From: Bdellovibrio sp. ZAP7
Lineage (GTDB): Bacteria > Bdellovibrionota > UBA1018
Direction of reading: 5' to 3'
Assembly: GCA_945865865.1 (NCBI GenBank)
Contig: CAMBEX010000001.1
Coordinates: 1 to 48,939 of the forward strand
Length of the DNA: 48,939 nucleotides
The notes below the pieces were generated by a model, which searched no databases, was not told the origin of the DNA, and saw nothing but the letters and a program-made list of their open reading frames with translations. Shown here in pieces: positions 25,180 through 33,493 of the stretch. A program made the translations under genes and the position numbers. Every line of letters starts with the position of its first letter. Position 1 is the first letter of the stretch.

Positions 25180-26600
25180 GGTTATTATTTCTATCGGCAT
25201 TCGCGCTCGCGGTGGCATTCACGGGGTCGTCCTGTCGCGACAGTGATTTCAGTCTGGGAGATTCTTTCGGAATCCGTTTAAAGCTCGATCGCAGAATCCT
25301 TTCAAATGGTGTCACGATCATCATGGTCGAGGACCACACAGTACCGGTGATTTCTTTTCAAAGCTGGTTCAAGGTGGGCTCGGTCGATGAACGTCCCGGC
25401 CTCACGGGCGTGTCGCACCTGTTTGAGCATTTGATGTTTAAAGGCACTGAAAAATACGGGCCCACGCAGTTTTTTCAGCAGCTCGAGGCCAAGGGCGCCG
25501 AGGTCAACGCTTTTACAACTCGGGATTATACGGTCTATCATGAGACCTTTACGCCGGATCTTTTGCCTAAGGTCATTGAGATGGAGGCCGATCGCCTCGG
25601 CAATCTCAAACTCACTCCAGAGTTGCTCGAGACCGAGCGCCAAGTGGTCCTCGAAGAGAGAAGGCTTCGCACGGATAACTCACCCGAAGGAAAAATGGAT
25701 GAGGCACTTTGGGACCTCGCCTTTGAGGTGCATCCCTACCGGTGGCCCGTCATTGGTTATCCAGAAGACATCTCTGAAATCCAACTGCCTGAGGTCCAGG
25801 CTTATTTTAAACAGTATTACCATCCCGAAAAGCTGACGCTGGTGGTGGTGGGCGATTTCAATCAAGATGAAACCTTTGCGTGGATCCGAAGCGCTTACGG
25901 AGGGATCCAGAGATTCGCGGAGGGGACCAGAAGCGTGCGCCGTGTGGTCGCGCGTGAACCCGAGCAGCACGAGGAACGTAGGCTCACGCTTTACGACCAT
26001 GTGGCCTCCCAACGATTTCAGCGCGGCTACAAAATCACGTCAGCGTCGGATCAAGACACTCACGCGGTGGACGTCCTCTCCAATATTCTTTTTGAAGGTA
26101 TGGGGTCCCGGGCCCATCAAAGACTGGTTGAAGAAAAGCAGTGGGTTGCCGGAATTTCCGGTAGTTCATACACGCCAGCCTTTCCGGGCCTTTTGATTGT
26201 TGATGCTCAGATGAAGGGTGATTTAAAGGCCGACCTTGCGGAGGCGGAGCTGGATCGCGTGATCGTGGAAATTCAGGAAAAAGGAGTGACTCGCGAGGAA
26301 GTAGATCGCGCCGTCCGCCAGTTGACTATGGACCTCATTGATAGCGTTCGCTCACCGCATGGAATGGGACAATTGATCGGGACGGTTCAACTCCTGCTGG
26401 GTGATGCATCGAAATTTTCGCAAGACGTGGCCAAGTATTTCAAGGTGACGGCGGCGGATGTGCAGCGGGTAGCAAATCGTTATCTTCATCCCAACAATCG
26501 GTCGGTAGTGGTTTTGCTTCCGCAGACGTTCAAGTTGTTGCCCCAGAATAATCAGGGCAATCCGCCACGTAAGAAAACTAAAAACAAGAGGCGAACATGA
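25176..26600 (+). CDS. M16-family zinc peptidase (active, HxxEH), probable lipoprotein
   Basis: HLFEHLMFKGT zinc motif. Signal/lipobox LLFLSAFALAVAFTGSSC. The GTG at 25176 (GTGA overlap with the epimerase stop) has a GGGAGG SD 6 nt upstream. Confidence 0.85.
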   Translation: MRLLFLSAFALAVAFTGSSCRDSDFSLGDSFGIRLKLDRRILSNGVTIIMVEDHTVPVISFQSWFKVGSVDERPGLTGVSHLFEHLMFKGTEKYGPTQFFQQLEAKGAEVNAFTTRDYTVYHETFTPDLLPKVIEMEADRLGNLKLTPELLETERQVVLEERRLRTDNSPEGKMDEALWDLAFEVHPYRWPVIGYPEDISEIQLPEVQAYFKQYYHPEKLTLVVVGDFNQDETFAWIRSAYGGIQRFAEGTRSVRRVVAREPEQHEERRLTLYDHVASQRFQRGYKITSASDQDTHAVDVLSNILFEGMGSRAHQRLVEEKQWVAGISGSSYTPAFPGLLIVDAQMKGDLKADLAEAELDRVIVEIQEKGVTREEVDRAVRQLTMDLIDSVRSPHGMGQLIGTVQLLLGDASKFSQDVAKYFKVTAADVQRVANRYLHPNNRSVVVLLPQTFKLLPQNNQGNPPRKKTKNKRRT

Positions 26601-28045
26601 AGGTTTCAACGGCGATCCGTTTGGGGTTCTTCATCTTAGGGCTAGGCCTAGGGTACGCAGTTTGTGCGAGTGGTGTGGCCACTGCCGCGACGTCCTCGAA
26701 CTTGGCGGCGCCTCTCGTTGAAATACTTTCAAACGGTCTCAAGGTAGCGTGGTTTGTCAGCGATCGTCTCCCCATCGTGGATATTTCGCTGGTTGTAGAT
26801 GCGGGTCACACGGACGATCTGGCAGGAAAAAGCGGGACGGCCGCGCTCTTGGGTGCGGCGTTGGATCGTGGTGCGGGAGGTCTCAGTGCGCTCGAACTCG
26901 CGCTTGCGTTTGACCGACTCGGTGCCTCGCGATTGAGCTCCCCGGACTCTGAGCAGTTTTCGGTCGGAGTGCATGGATTTGCCCCGGATGTGAACGTGTT
27001 ACTTACGCTTTTGGGAAAAATGGCCTTGGAGCCCGCGCTTTCGGCTGAAGAAGTCGAAAAAGAAAAATCCAGAATCGCTGATGAGTGGAAGAACATCGGG
27101 GATTCTGCCGAAGGCCTGGCGTCCTTACTTTTTCAGAGAAAAATTTCGGCAAACACTCCCTATGAGCGCGGCGGACTTGCGTCGCTGAGAGAACTCAACG
27201 GCGTAACTCGCGACGATGTTTTTGCCTTTCATCACACTCATTTTGTTCCTGAAAACGCACTCCTGCTCGTGGTCGGAAGGGTGGATCGGGTAAAGACCAA
27301 GCTAAAGATTGAAGAGGTTTTTGGTAGGTGGACGGGCAAGCTCCCAGTCCAGGTGGCGCCGTCAAAAGGGGTGCGAGCAACTCCGACAACTCCGGCAGTC
27401 TGGATCGTGGATCGCCCAGGCCTGACTCAGGCACATCTCAGAATCGGGTTTCGTGCTCCCTTGATGAACTCGTCTGATCATTACGCGCTGGTGGTTGCCA
27501 ACGCCATGATTGGCGAGCTGTTTAATAGCCGACTGAACTTAGTACTGAGAGATGAACTTGGGCTGACGTACGGAATCGGTAGTGCTTTTTCATACAGTCG
27601 GGCACTTGCGGTTTTTGGCGTGAGCGCGGCCACTCGAAATGAGGCAGTCGGAGAACTCGTGTCTCGTACTGTGACTATTTTGGATGACTTCAAAAAATCG
27701 CCCGCGTCGGTCAGCAAGGCTTTTGCCAATGAGGTGACGGCCTCAAAAGAGTTTTTAACCGGGGGCTTTCCACTCGCGACCTCCACTTTGGGGCGAGTCG
27801 CGGGAAGATGGCTCGTGGGGGAATTTTTTGAACTCGGTCCGGACTACCTCAATGAGTTTGCGAGCAAGGTCAATCAAGTCACGCCAGAACAAGTTGTGGC
27901 TGCCGCAAGCAAGCATTTTGATCTCGAACATCTTTCGATCGTGATTGCGGGAGATCAAACGCAGATTCTAAAAAGTCTTCAAGGTGCGAAGGAACGCAAG
28001 CGCTTGGGTGAGATCAAGACCGTGACGGTTCAGCAGCTCTTGTGA
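26597..28045 (+). CDS. M16-family peptidase-like protein lacking the HxxEH motif (non-catalytic partner subunit)
   Basis: Same fold and length as the upstream gene, but the zinc-motif position reads GKSGTAALLGAALDRG. ATGA overlap with the upstream gene. Signal peptide present. Confidence 0.8.
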   Translation: MKVSTAIRLGFFILGLGLGYAVCASGVATAATSSNLAAPLVEILSNGLKVAWFVSDRLPIVDISLVVDAGHTDDLAGKSGTAALLGAALDRGAGGLSALELALAFDRLGASRLSSPDSEQFSVGVHGFAPDVNVLLTLLGKMALEPALSAEEVEKEKSRIADEWKNIGDSAEGLASLLFQRKISANTPYERGGLASLRELNGVTRDDVFAFHHTHFVPENALLLVVGRVDRVKTKLKIEEVFGRWTGKLPVQVAPSKGVRATPTTPAVWIVDRPGLTQAHLRIGFRAPLMNSSDHYALVVANAMIGELFNSRLNLVLRDELGLTYGIGSAFSYSRALAVFGVSAATRNEAVGELVSRTVTILDDFKKSPASVSKAFANEVTASKEFLTGGFPLATSTLGRVAGRWLVGEFFELGPDYLNEFASKVNQVTPEQVVAAASKHFDLEHLSIVIAGDQTQILKSLQGAKERKRLGEIKTVTVQQLL

Positions 28046-28403
28046 GAGAGGTCGACTCCATCAAGCAGCGCCCCTCGAAGTAAGCCCCGAAATCGATCTG
28101 AAGGGAGGGTGTCTTGATGTTTCCGACTACGCGTCCCGTACTGGAAATCACCACCCGAGTGAGCGCCTCGATATCGCCTTGGACCATTCCGTTCACGTAA
28201 ATCACATCCGCGTAAACTTGGCCTTCGATCATGCCATTGTCGGATAGAACCAATGTGCTTCCGTGAGCAGCTCGGACTTCGCCCACTAAAACGCCGTGAA
28301 CGCGGGTGATGCTGTCAAACTGAATGCGGCCCTCCATTCGGGTTCCCTCCGCGACCAGATTGATCGCGCTCTCATGCGCGTGTTCAGGGGTGAGGGATTT
28401 CAT
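28014..28403 (-). CDS. bactofilin (polymer-forming cytoskeletal protein)
   Basis: Beta-helical repeat pattern: G.I.F.S...V.G.L.GEV...STLVLSDNGMIEGQVYADVIYVNGMVQGDIEA..RVVISSTGRVVGNIKTPSLQIDFGAYFEG. Confidence 0.88.
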   Translation of the reverse strand: MKSLTPEHAHESAINLVAEGTRMEGRIQFDSITRVHGVLVGEVRAAHGSTLVLSDNGMIEGQVYADVIYVNGMVQGDIEALTRVVISSTGRVVGNIKTPSLQIDFGAYFEGRCLMESTSLTRAAEPSRS

Positions 28404-29245
28404 GGGGCGCTTTCTCCCGAGGTGGCTTTTTTAGAATTCTCCGGCGCTGGAACAGATATTTTTTTGTTCAGCGCTGACGATTTCTGAACAGGCGCTGAGT
28501 TCGGCGGGATCTTGAACGAATGTCTGAGAAGGAGTTTGAAGTCCTTTTTGTCGGGATCCTGGCCAAAGAGCAGGATTTCAGCGTCCCGAACCGCGTCGCG
28601 GCCCTCGACCGCTTCGAATTCAGCGTGGGTTTCGCGAAATCTAGCGACAGAAAAATATTCGCCGTTTTCGACTGAAAAGAGTGCGCTTCCTCCGCTCGCC
28701 GTGATCACCCCGCTGGGATAAGCGATGAGAGAGCCGGGTCCTCGAGCAAGAACGATGATTCGGCCTTGCTGACTTTTTCCGTCCTCTCCCGAGTATAGAA
28801 TGTTGAAATTTACGCCCAGCTGCTTTCCTTGCCAGCTTGCGACCGGAGCGCTGATTGTGATGGGAGCCTGCGTCCCCTGTGAGGATTCTGTTACGGGCGC
28901 AGAAAGGAGCTTTGGCAGGGTATTTAAAGTCGCGCTGGGTTGAATGGTTTGGATGGATTCGGGTGGCGGCGATTCGGCGCTCTGTACTGTACTTTGCGAT
29001 CGTTTGAGCGAGGCGATTTGTGCCTGAAGACTTTCGACGTTTGAGAGGTCCGCTGAAGCCGCTTTTCGATAAAAGCGAAAAGCCAAGGTGGCGGATCCCG
29101 CTGTAATCAAAATGGCCAGACCCAGGAGGACCCCTAAGTGAGAGAACCATTTGAGGGGCACCTGAAAAGTGCGCGCCGCAAAATTCTCTTTAAAAACAAG
29201 GACAGTGAGCTTGTCTGAGGACGGGCGAGGGGGGGCGGAACTCAT
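28400..29245 (-). CDS. bactofilin-operon membrane protein with an unrecognised C-terminal domain
   Basis: ATG at 29245. The N-terminus (KLTVLVFKENFAARTFQVPLKWFSHLG), TM (VLLGLAILITAGSATLAF) and short coiled coil resemble the N-terminal module of bactofilin-linked M23 peptidases. No HxxxD/HxH M23 motifs are present. ATGA overlap with the bactofilin start. Confidence 0.6.
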   Translation of the reverse strand: MSSAPPRPSSDKLTVLVFKENFAARTFQVPLKWFSHLGVLLGLAILITAGSATLAFRFYRKAASADLSNVESLQAQIASLKRSQSTVQSAESPPPESIQTIQPSATLNTLPKLLSAPVTESSQGTQAPITISAPVASWQGKQLGVNFNILYSGEDGKSQQGRIIVLARGPGSLIAYPSGVITASGGSALFSVENGEYFSVARFRETHAEFEAVEGRDAVRDAEILLFGQDPDKKDFKLLLRHSFKIPPNSAPVQKSSALNKKISVPAPENSKKATSGESAP

Positions 29246-29248
29246 CGT

Positions 29249-29272
29249 GTTAGAAACGTTAACGGTTAGAAA
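29249..29272. repeat. GTTAGAAA-CGTTAACG-GTTAGAAA motif in a divergent promoter region
   Basis: The 8-bp direct repeat GTTAGAAA (29249-29256 and 29265-29272) flanks the 8-bp palindrome CGTTAACG (29257-29264). It lies between the bactofilin operon and the FrzS-like gene. Confidence 0.45.
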
Positions 29273-29316
29273 AAAGAGTGTCAACTTAACGAGCCGTTTG
29301 TCCGAAAAGCCAGTTG

Positions 29317-30873
29317 ATGAAGATTCTCTTTTTGAATCCTCACTTAGACGCAGGGCATAAAGTGGCCAAGGGTTTCCGAGGCCGAGGCGTGGCTGTGTTG
29401 GTTTCACCCGATCCGGTTGAAGCCTGGCAGATGCTTCAACTTCATGACTCAAGCGTGGACCTAGTCGTAGCACACCGTGAATCCCTGGGAGGGCGCGGTG
29501 AGCCGGGTTTTCAATTGATTCAGCAGATGAAGCAGGACCCGCAGTTTGCAGATGTCCCCATTATTTTGACTACCGAAGCGTGGTCAGACGCTGAGTGTGC
29601 TCAGCACCAGCAAGGACCCAGCGGGCTCAACGCCTATATTGCATGGACGGTTGATCCTCAGGAGTTCCTCTCAAATATTGCTGGAACGGCCGAGGCGGTC
29701 CTAGGGCGCTCTGTAGGTGACGACCCGAGTAGGTTGATTGCCGGACAGGCCCCGAAGTCTGCCGTCGTTTCGGCCGCGGCTCCAACAGACTTTCCGGTAC
29801 TCGAGGACCTCAGTCAGGTCTTTTCGGCTTCCTCCGGGGATAGCGTCGACCTGGACATTAAGCTGGATTTTCCACCGCTTTCTGAAGATCAGTCCATTCC
29901 AACTGCTGAGACGCTCTCACCACTCGAGCTTTCAAGTTCAGACTCTGGAGTGACTCTCAGTCTTGCAAATGAGCCGCCAGGTGAAATTGTTGACAACGCG
30001 GGTGTGCAAGTCCTTGCTGAAAAGGAAAGTGTTGAATTGAGCGGTGAGCCCCAGGAGCCACCGTTTGTTGAGCTTCCCTATCTTTTTAAATCTTCTGCCG
30101 CGGAACGGTCTGTTCGCAGCCGTCCGTCGACTGCCTGGGACCAGCCATTGGGAGACGCGGTGGTACCGGGCGGTGCCGCGCACACTCCAGACACGGAGAC
30201 TCTGAAAAAATATCTGCTTTTGCGAGAGCAGGACGTGGCCGCGCTCTCGGCCCAGCTTAAAACCGCGCAAGCACAGGCTCGCGTTCTCGATCACGAACTC
30301 CGTGAGACAAAATATTCGAGCGCCGAATCGGGTTCCCTGGTTGAAAGTCAGAAAAAGAAAATCGATGAATTTGAAAAAGAGCGCGTGATCCTCATGGACG
30401 GGATGCAGTCCGAAGTCAATGAGGTGAGGTTTCAGCTCAAATCCAAGGTGGATCGAGCCCGGATTTTGGAATCACAGGTGCGGGCGGCCACAGACGAAAT
30501 GGAACGGCTAAAAGATCGCGTACGATCGGATATCCGAAAAATTCGTGTTCGTGAAAAAGAGTTGGAAAACCGCTTAGAAATCGTAAAAAAAGATTCAGAA
30601 GTACTGATCGCGACGCGCGAGTCCAAAATCATTGAACTCAAGCGAAAGATCGATCTTCTGGAATTTAATATGGACTTGATGCAGGACCAGTTCGCAAAAG
30701 AGAAAAATCATTCCGCGAACCTCAAGGATCGACTCTCCAAGGCGGCTCAGGCCGTTCGTGTCGCCGGCGGTCTGCTGGATTCGAAAGGGCAGCCGATCGC
30801 AGCTGGAGCCGACGACGATTCATCGACTGCTTCGCTGATTTCTGACGATGAAAAAGATCGGGAGGCATCTTAA
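29317..30873 (+). CDS. FrzS-like protein: N-terminal pseudo-receiver + low-complexity linker + long C-terminal coiled coil
   Basis: The layout is REC-like (KILFLNPHLD..., VDLVVAHRESLGG, VPIILTTEA, NAYIAWTVDP), but the acidic pocket (NP for DD), the phospho-Asp position (A/H) and the Lys position (W) are substituted. The C-terminal ~200 aa are heptad-rich (LKTAQAQARVLDHELRE...KELENRLEIVKK...). Confidence 0.65.
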   Translation: MKILFLNPHLDAGHKVAKGFRGRGVAVLVSPDPVEAWQMLQLHDSSVDLVVAHRESLGGRGEPGFQLIQQMKQDPQFADVPIILTTEAWSDAECAQHQQGPSGLNAYIAWTVDPQEFLSNIAGTAEAVLGRSVGDDPSRLIAGQAPKSAVVSAAAPTDFPVLEDLSQVFSASSGDSVDLDIKLDFPPLSEDQSIPTAETLSPLELSSSDSGVTLSLANEPPGEIVDNAGVQVLAEKESVELSGEPQEPPFVELPYLFKSSAAERSVRSRPSTAWDQPLGDAVVPGGAAHTPDTETLKKYLLLREQDVAALSAQLKTAQAQARVLDHELRETKYSSAESGSLVESQKKKIDEFEKERVILMDGMQSEVNEVRFQLKSKVDRARILESQVRAATDEMERLKDRVRSDIRKIRVREKELENRLEIVKKDSEVLIATRESKIIELKRKIDLLEFNMDLMQDQFAKEKNHSANLKDRLSKAAQAVRVAGGLLDSKGQPIAAGADDDSSTASLISDDEKDREAS

Positions 30874-30882
30874 GATCGCATT

Positions 30883-32385
30883 ATGAGCACGGAAAGCTTC
30901 CGTGTCCTGCTGATCGAAGGATCCAAGCAAAACGAAATCTATACGGATCTGATTCGCGAAGTCGCGGATTGCCGGGTTGATGTCGTGGGGCTCGGTGAGA
31001 GTTCCTTCGATTGGGTGGCACGTTCTAATTATCATCTCGTAGTGATCGACGCTTCGGCACCAGCGGCAGTGTCTTCGGGCAATTCTGTCTCGCCGGTAGT
31101 TGGACTATCGGGACTTCGCGCTTTGGACCAGGTGCGCCGCCTGAGTCCGATGACCAGCGTGATCTTGATTACAGAAAACGCGACCGTTGAAGAAGCGGTT
31201 GCCGCGATCCGCATGGGCGCCGAGGATTATCTCAAAAAGCCGTTTGACCCAGAGGCGTTTCGGCTTGCGGTCCGCAGGGGCCTAGATCGAAAGGTCGTCT
31301 TTGGTGAAAACACCGGAGTGACGAGTTTTCTCAGTTTGTTGAATTGTTGTCAGATGGTTTCGGCATCGCTGGACCAGGGGCGGATTTTTCAAGTCGTCCA
31401 AAGTTATTTTCAACGGGAACTGCAGGCTGCTCACTCTGGATTTTTTACTTTCAACGAAGCCGGAGAGCCAACTCGGGCCACTGCTGGAACGGTCGGCGTT
31501 ACGGGGCTACCGAACAGCGATTCTTCGACGCGGTCAGACTTTCAAGCCTCGGTCGATCACGGACTGGAAGAGGTTTTGGATATTGCCGCTCACGCGACCA
31601 ATCCATTTCCAAAAATGTCGGAGGCAGGAGAGTCGTATCGTTTTATCGATCGAGGCGCGCTGACTCCGGGGCTATTTGTGTTTCGATTTCCGTTTCCACT
31701 GGGTGACAACGGCAATCATTTTTGCGTCTGCCTTTCACCTAAACGCCCGGCTGGGATCGAGGCCTTTGAGGGGAGACTCAGAATTCTCCGATCACAGCTC
31801 GAGCTCACCGGAAAAAATATCGATCAGTATCAAGGGGTCCAGCAACTCGCGTATCTGGATGACGCCACAGGCCTCTACAACACGAGATATCTTCATTACA
31901 TTTTGGACCGCGAAATCGCGCAGGCAAAGACTTCGCTGAAGTCATTTGCGATTCTGTTTATCGATGCGGATAAATTCAAGGGAGTGAACGATCAGTTTGG
32001 TCACCTGGCCGGAACCCGGCTTCTCAATGAATTGGGCGTTCAACTCAAAAAGTACGTTCGCGAAAAGGACACGGTGTTTAGGTACGGCGGCGATGAGTTT
32101 GTGGCTGTACTCACGGCCTGCGATCTTGCGACTGCAAAAACGGTGGCCGAACGGATCAGGCAGGCCGTCGAGCAGTCGGCATTTTTGGAGCATGAGGGGA
32201 TTGCCGTCAGGTTTACGGTTTCAATCGGCGTGGCGCTTTTTCCGGACCATGCTGGATCCAGACTTGCCGTGATCAGTGCGGCGGATCATGCGATGTACGC
32301 CGCCAAAAGAACGCAGAGAAACACGATTTTTATCGCCCCTATTCCAGGGACAACTCCTCCACCGACTGGCGCCGCGAGTGAGTGA
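30883..32385 (+). CDS. response regulator-diguanylate cyclase (REC + middle domain + GGDEF)
   Basis: GGDEF domain with an intact RYGGDEFVAVL active site and an I-site REKD five residues upstream. N-terminal REC (VLLIEGS, HLVVIDA, VILITEN, LKKPF). Confidence 0.88.
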   Translation: MSTESFRVLLIEGSKQNEIYTDLIREVADCRVDVVGLGESSFDWVARSNYHLVVIDASAPAAVSSGNSVSPVVGLSGLRALDQVRRLSPMTSVILITENATVEEAVAAIRMGAEDYLKKPFDPEAFRLAVRRGLDRKVVFGENTGVTSFLSLLNCCQMVSASLDQGRIFQVVQSYFQRELQAAHSGFFTFNEAGEPTRATAGTVGVTGLPNSDSSTRSDFQASVDHGLEEVLDIAAHATNPFPKMSEAGESYRFIDRGALTPGLFVFRFPFPLGDNGNHFCVCLSPKRPAGIEAFEGRLRILRSQLELTGKNIDQYQGVQQLAYLDDATGLYNTRYLHYILDREIAQAKTSLKSFAILFIDADKFKGVNDQFGHLAGTRLLNELGVQLKKYVREKDTVFRYGGDEFVAVLTACDLATAKTVAERIRQAVEQSAFLEHEGIAVRFTVSIGVALFPDHAGSRLAVISAADHAMYAAKRTQRNTIFIAPIPGTTPPPTGAASE

Positions 32386-32404
32386 ACCCAAGGGAATCAT
32401 TCCC

Positions 32405-33493
32405 ATGCGAAAAATTAAACTCGTTGTGAGCGATTTTCACCTCGGAAAGGGGCGTTTTTTTCGGGATGGAACTCAAAACATCCTGGAAGACTTTATTTAC
32501 GACGCCGAATTTGCCGAATTTCTCGACTATTATCGTCTGGGCGATTTCGCACAGGCCGAAGTTGAACTGATCCTGAACGGCGACATTCTCAACTTGCTTC
32601 AGATCGATACGCATGGGGTCCACACGCATCTGGTGACAGAGCGCTCGGTAGTACGGGCAGTGGAGAGAATCGTCACGGGCCATCCCGATTTTTTTCATGC
32701 ACTGAGACGGTTCGCGGCAACTCCCGGGCACACGATTTCATACGTCGTCGGCAATCATGACATGGGAATGCTTTGGCCCGGGCCGAGACACGTGTTTTGT
32801 GAGGCCATCGGAGCGCGGGTGGAGTTTCATGACGTGGCATATCGATTTGACGGTATTCATGTCGAGCATGGTCAGCAGTATGAGGAGTTTGCGCGCACCG
32901 ATATGAAGCATCCGTTTATCACCCGGGGATTACCGGAGCCGGTGCTCAATTTACCCTGGGGATCGCTTTTTGTTTCGGTTCTCCTGCCAAGAATCAAGCA
33001 GGAGCGTCCTCATGTTGACAAGGTCAAGCCGTTTTCGGGTTTTTTGCAGTGGGCGGTCCTTCATGATTTTCGCTGGCTGGTGAAGGCGGTTTTGTTGGTC
33101 GCAAAATTTGTGTTCGACACGATATTGTTTCGGAGTCGCTATCAAATTCACCAGGGAGTTCGCTCCACGCTCGGGATGCTCAAGCAAATCACCGTCTATC
33201 CGAACTTTGATAAGATCGCGTTTCGGATTCTTGAGGATAATGATGACATCAGTACCGTGATTTTTGGGCACACCCACCTCTTGAGGTATCGCCAGTGGCG
33301 CGAAGGCAAAGAGTATTACAACGAGGGTACGTGGAACGAGGCGACCAACCTGGACCTCGGGGATTTTGGCACTCAAGTGAGGCTGACCTATGCGTACGTC
33401 GAGTATCCTCCTGCTGAGGGGCTGGCGCGAATCCAAGTACGTCTGAAGCGCTGGATGGGGCAGTGGAAGCCTGAGGCCGACGTCATCGCCTAA
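32405..33493 (+). CDS. calcineurin-like metallophosphoesterase (LpxH/LpxG-like layout; substrate unknown)
   Basis: MPE motifs in order: VVSDFHLG, NGDILN, VVGNHD, HVEHGQQ, FGHTH. ATG at 32405; the longer listed ORF would overlap the GGDEF gene. Confidence 0.75.
   Translation: MRKIKLVVSDFHLGKGRFFRDGTQNILEDFIYDAEFAEFLDYYRLGDFAQAEVELILNGDILNLLQIDTHGVHTHLVTERSVVRAVERIVTGHPDFFHALRRFAATPGHTISYVVGNHDMGMLWPGPRHVFCEAIGARVEFHDVAYRFDGIHVEHGQQYEEFARTDMKHPFITRGLPEPVLNLPWGSLFVSVLLPRIKQERPHVDKVKPFSGFLQWAVLHDFRWLVKAVLLVAKFVFDTILFRSRYQIHQGVRSTLGMLKQITVYPNFDKIAFRILEDNDDISTVIFGHTHLLRYRQWREGKEYYNEGTWNEATNLDLGDFGTQVRLTYAYVEYPPAEGLARIQVRLKRWMGQWKPEADVIA

Noticed and set aside
29246-29473. N-terminal extension of the bactofilin-partner ORF (listed start 29473).
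   Set aside because: It would run through the divergent promoter region and overlap the FrzS-like gene start. ATG 29245 gives the expected cytoplasmic-stub/TM architecture.
31016-31032. Other TGGCAC hexamers (31016, 22312 and 43749 on plus; 44421-44426, 7651-7656 and 37385-37390 as reverse complements) considered as sigma-54 promoters.
   Set aside because: None is followed by TTGC/GC at the N5 spacing, and all lie inside coding regions far from gene starts.
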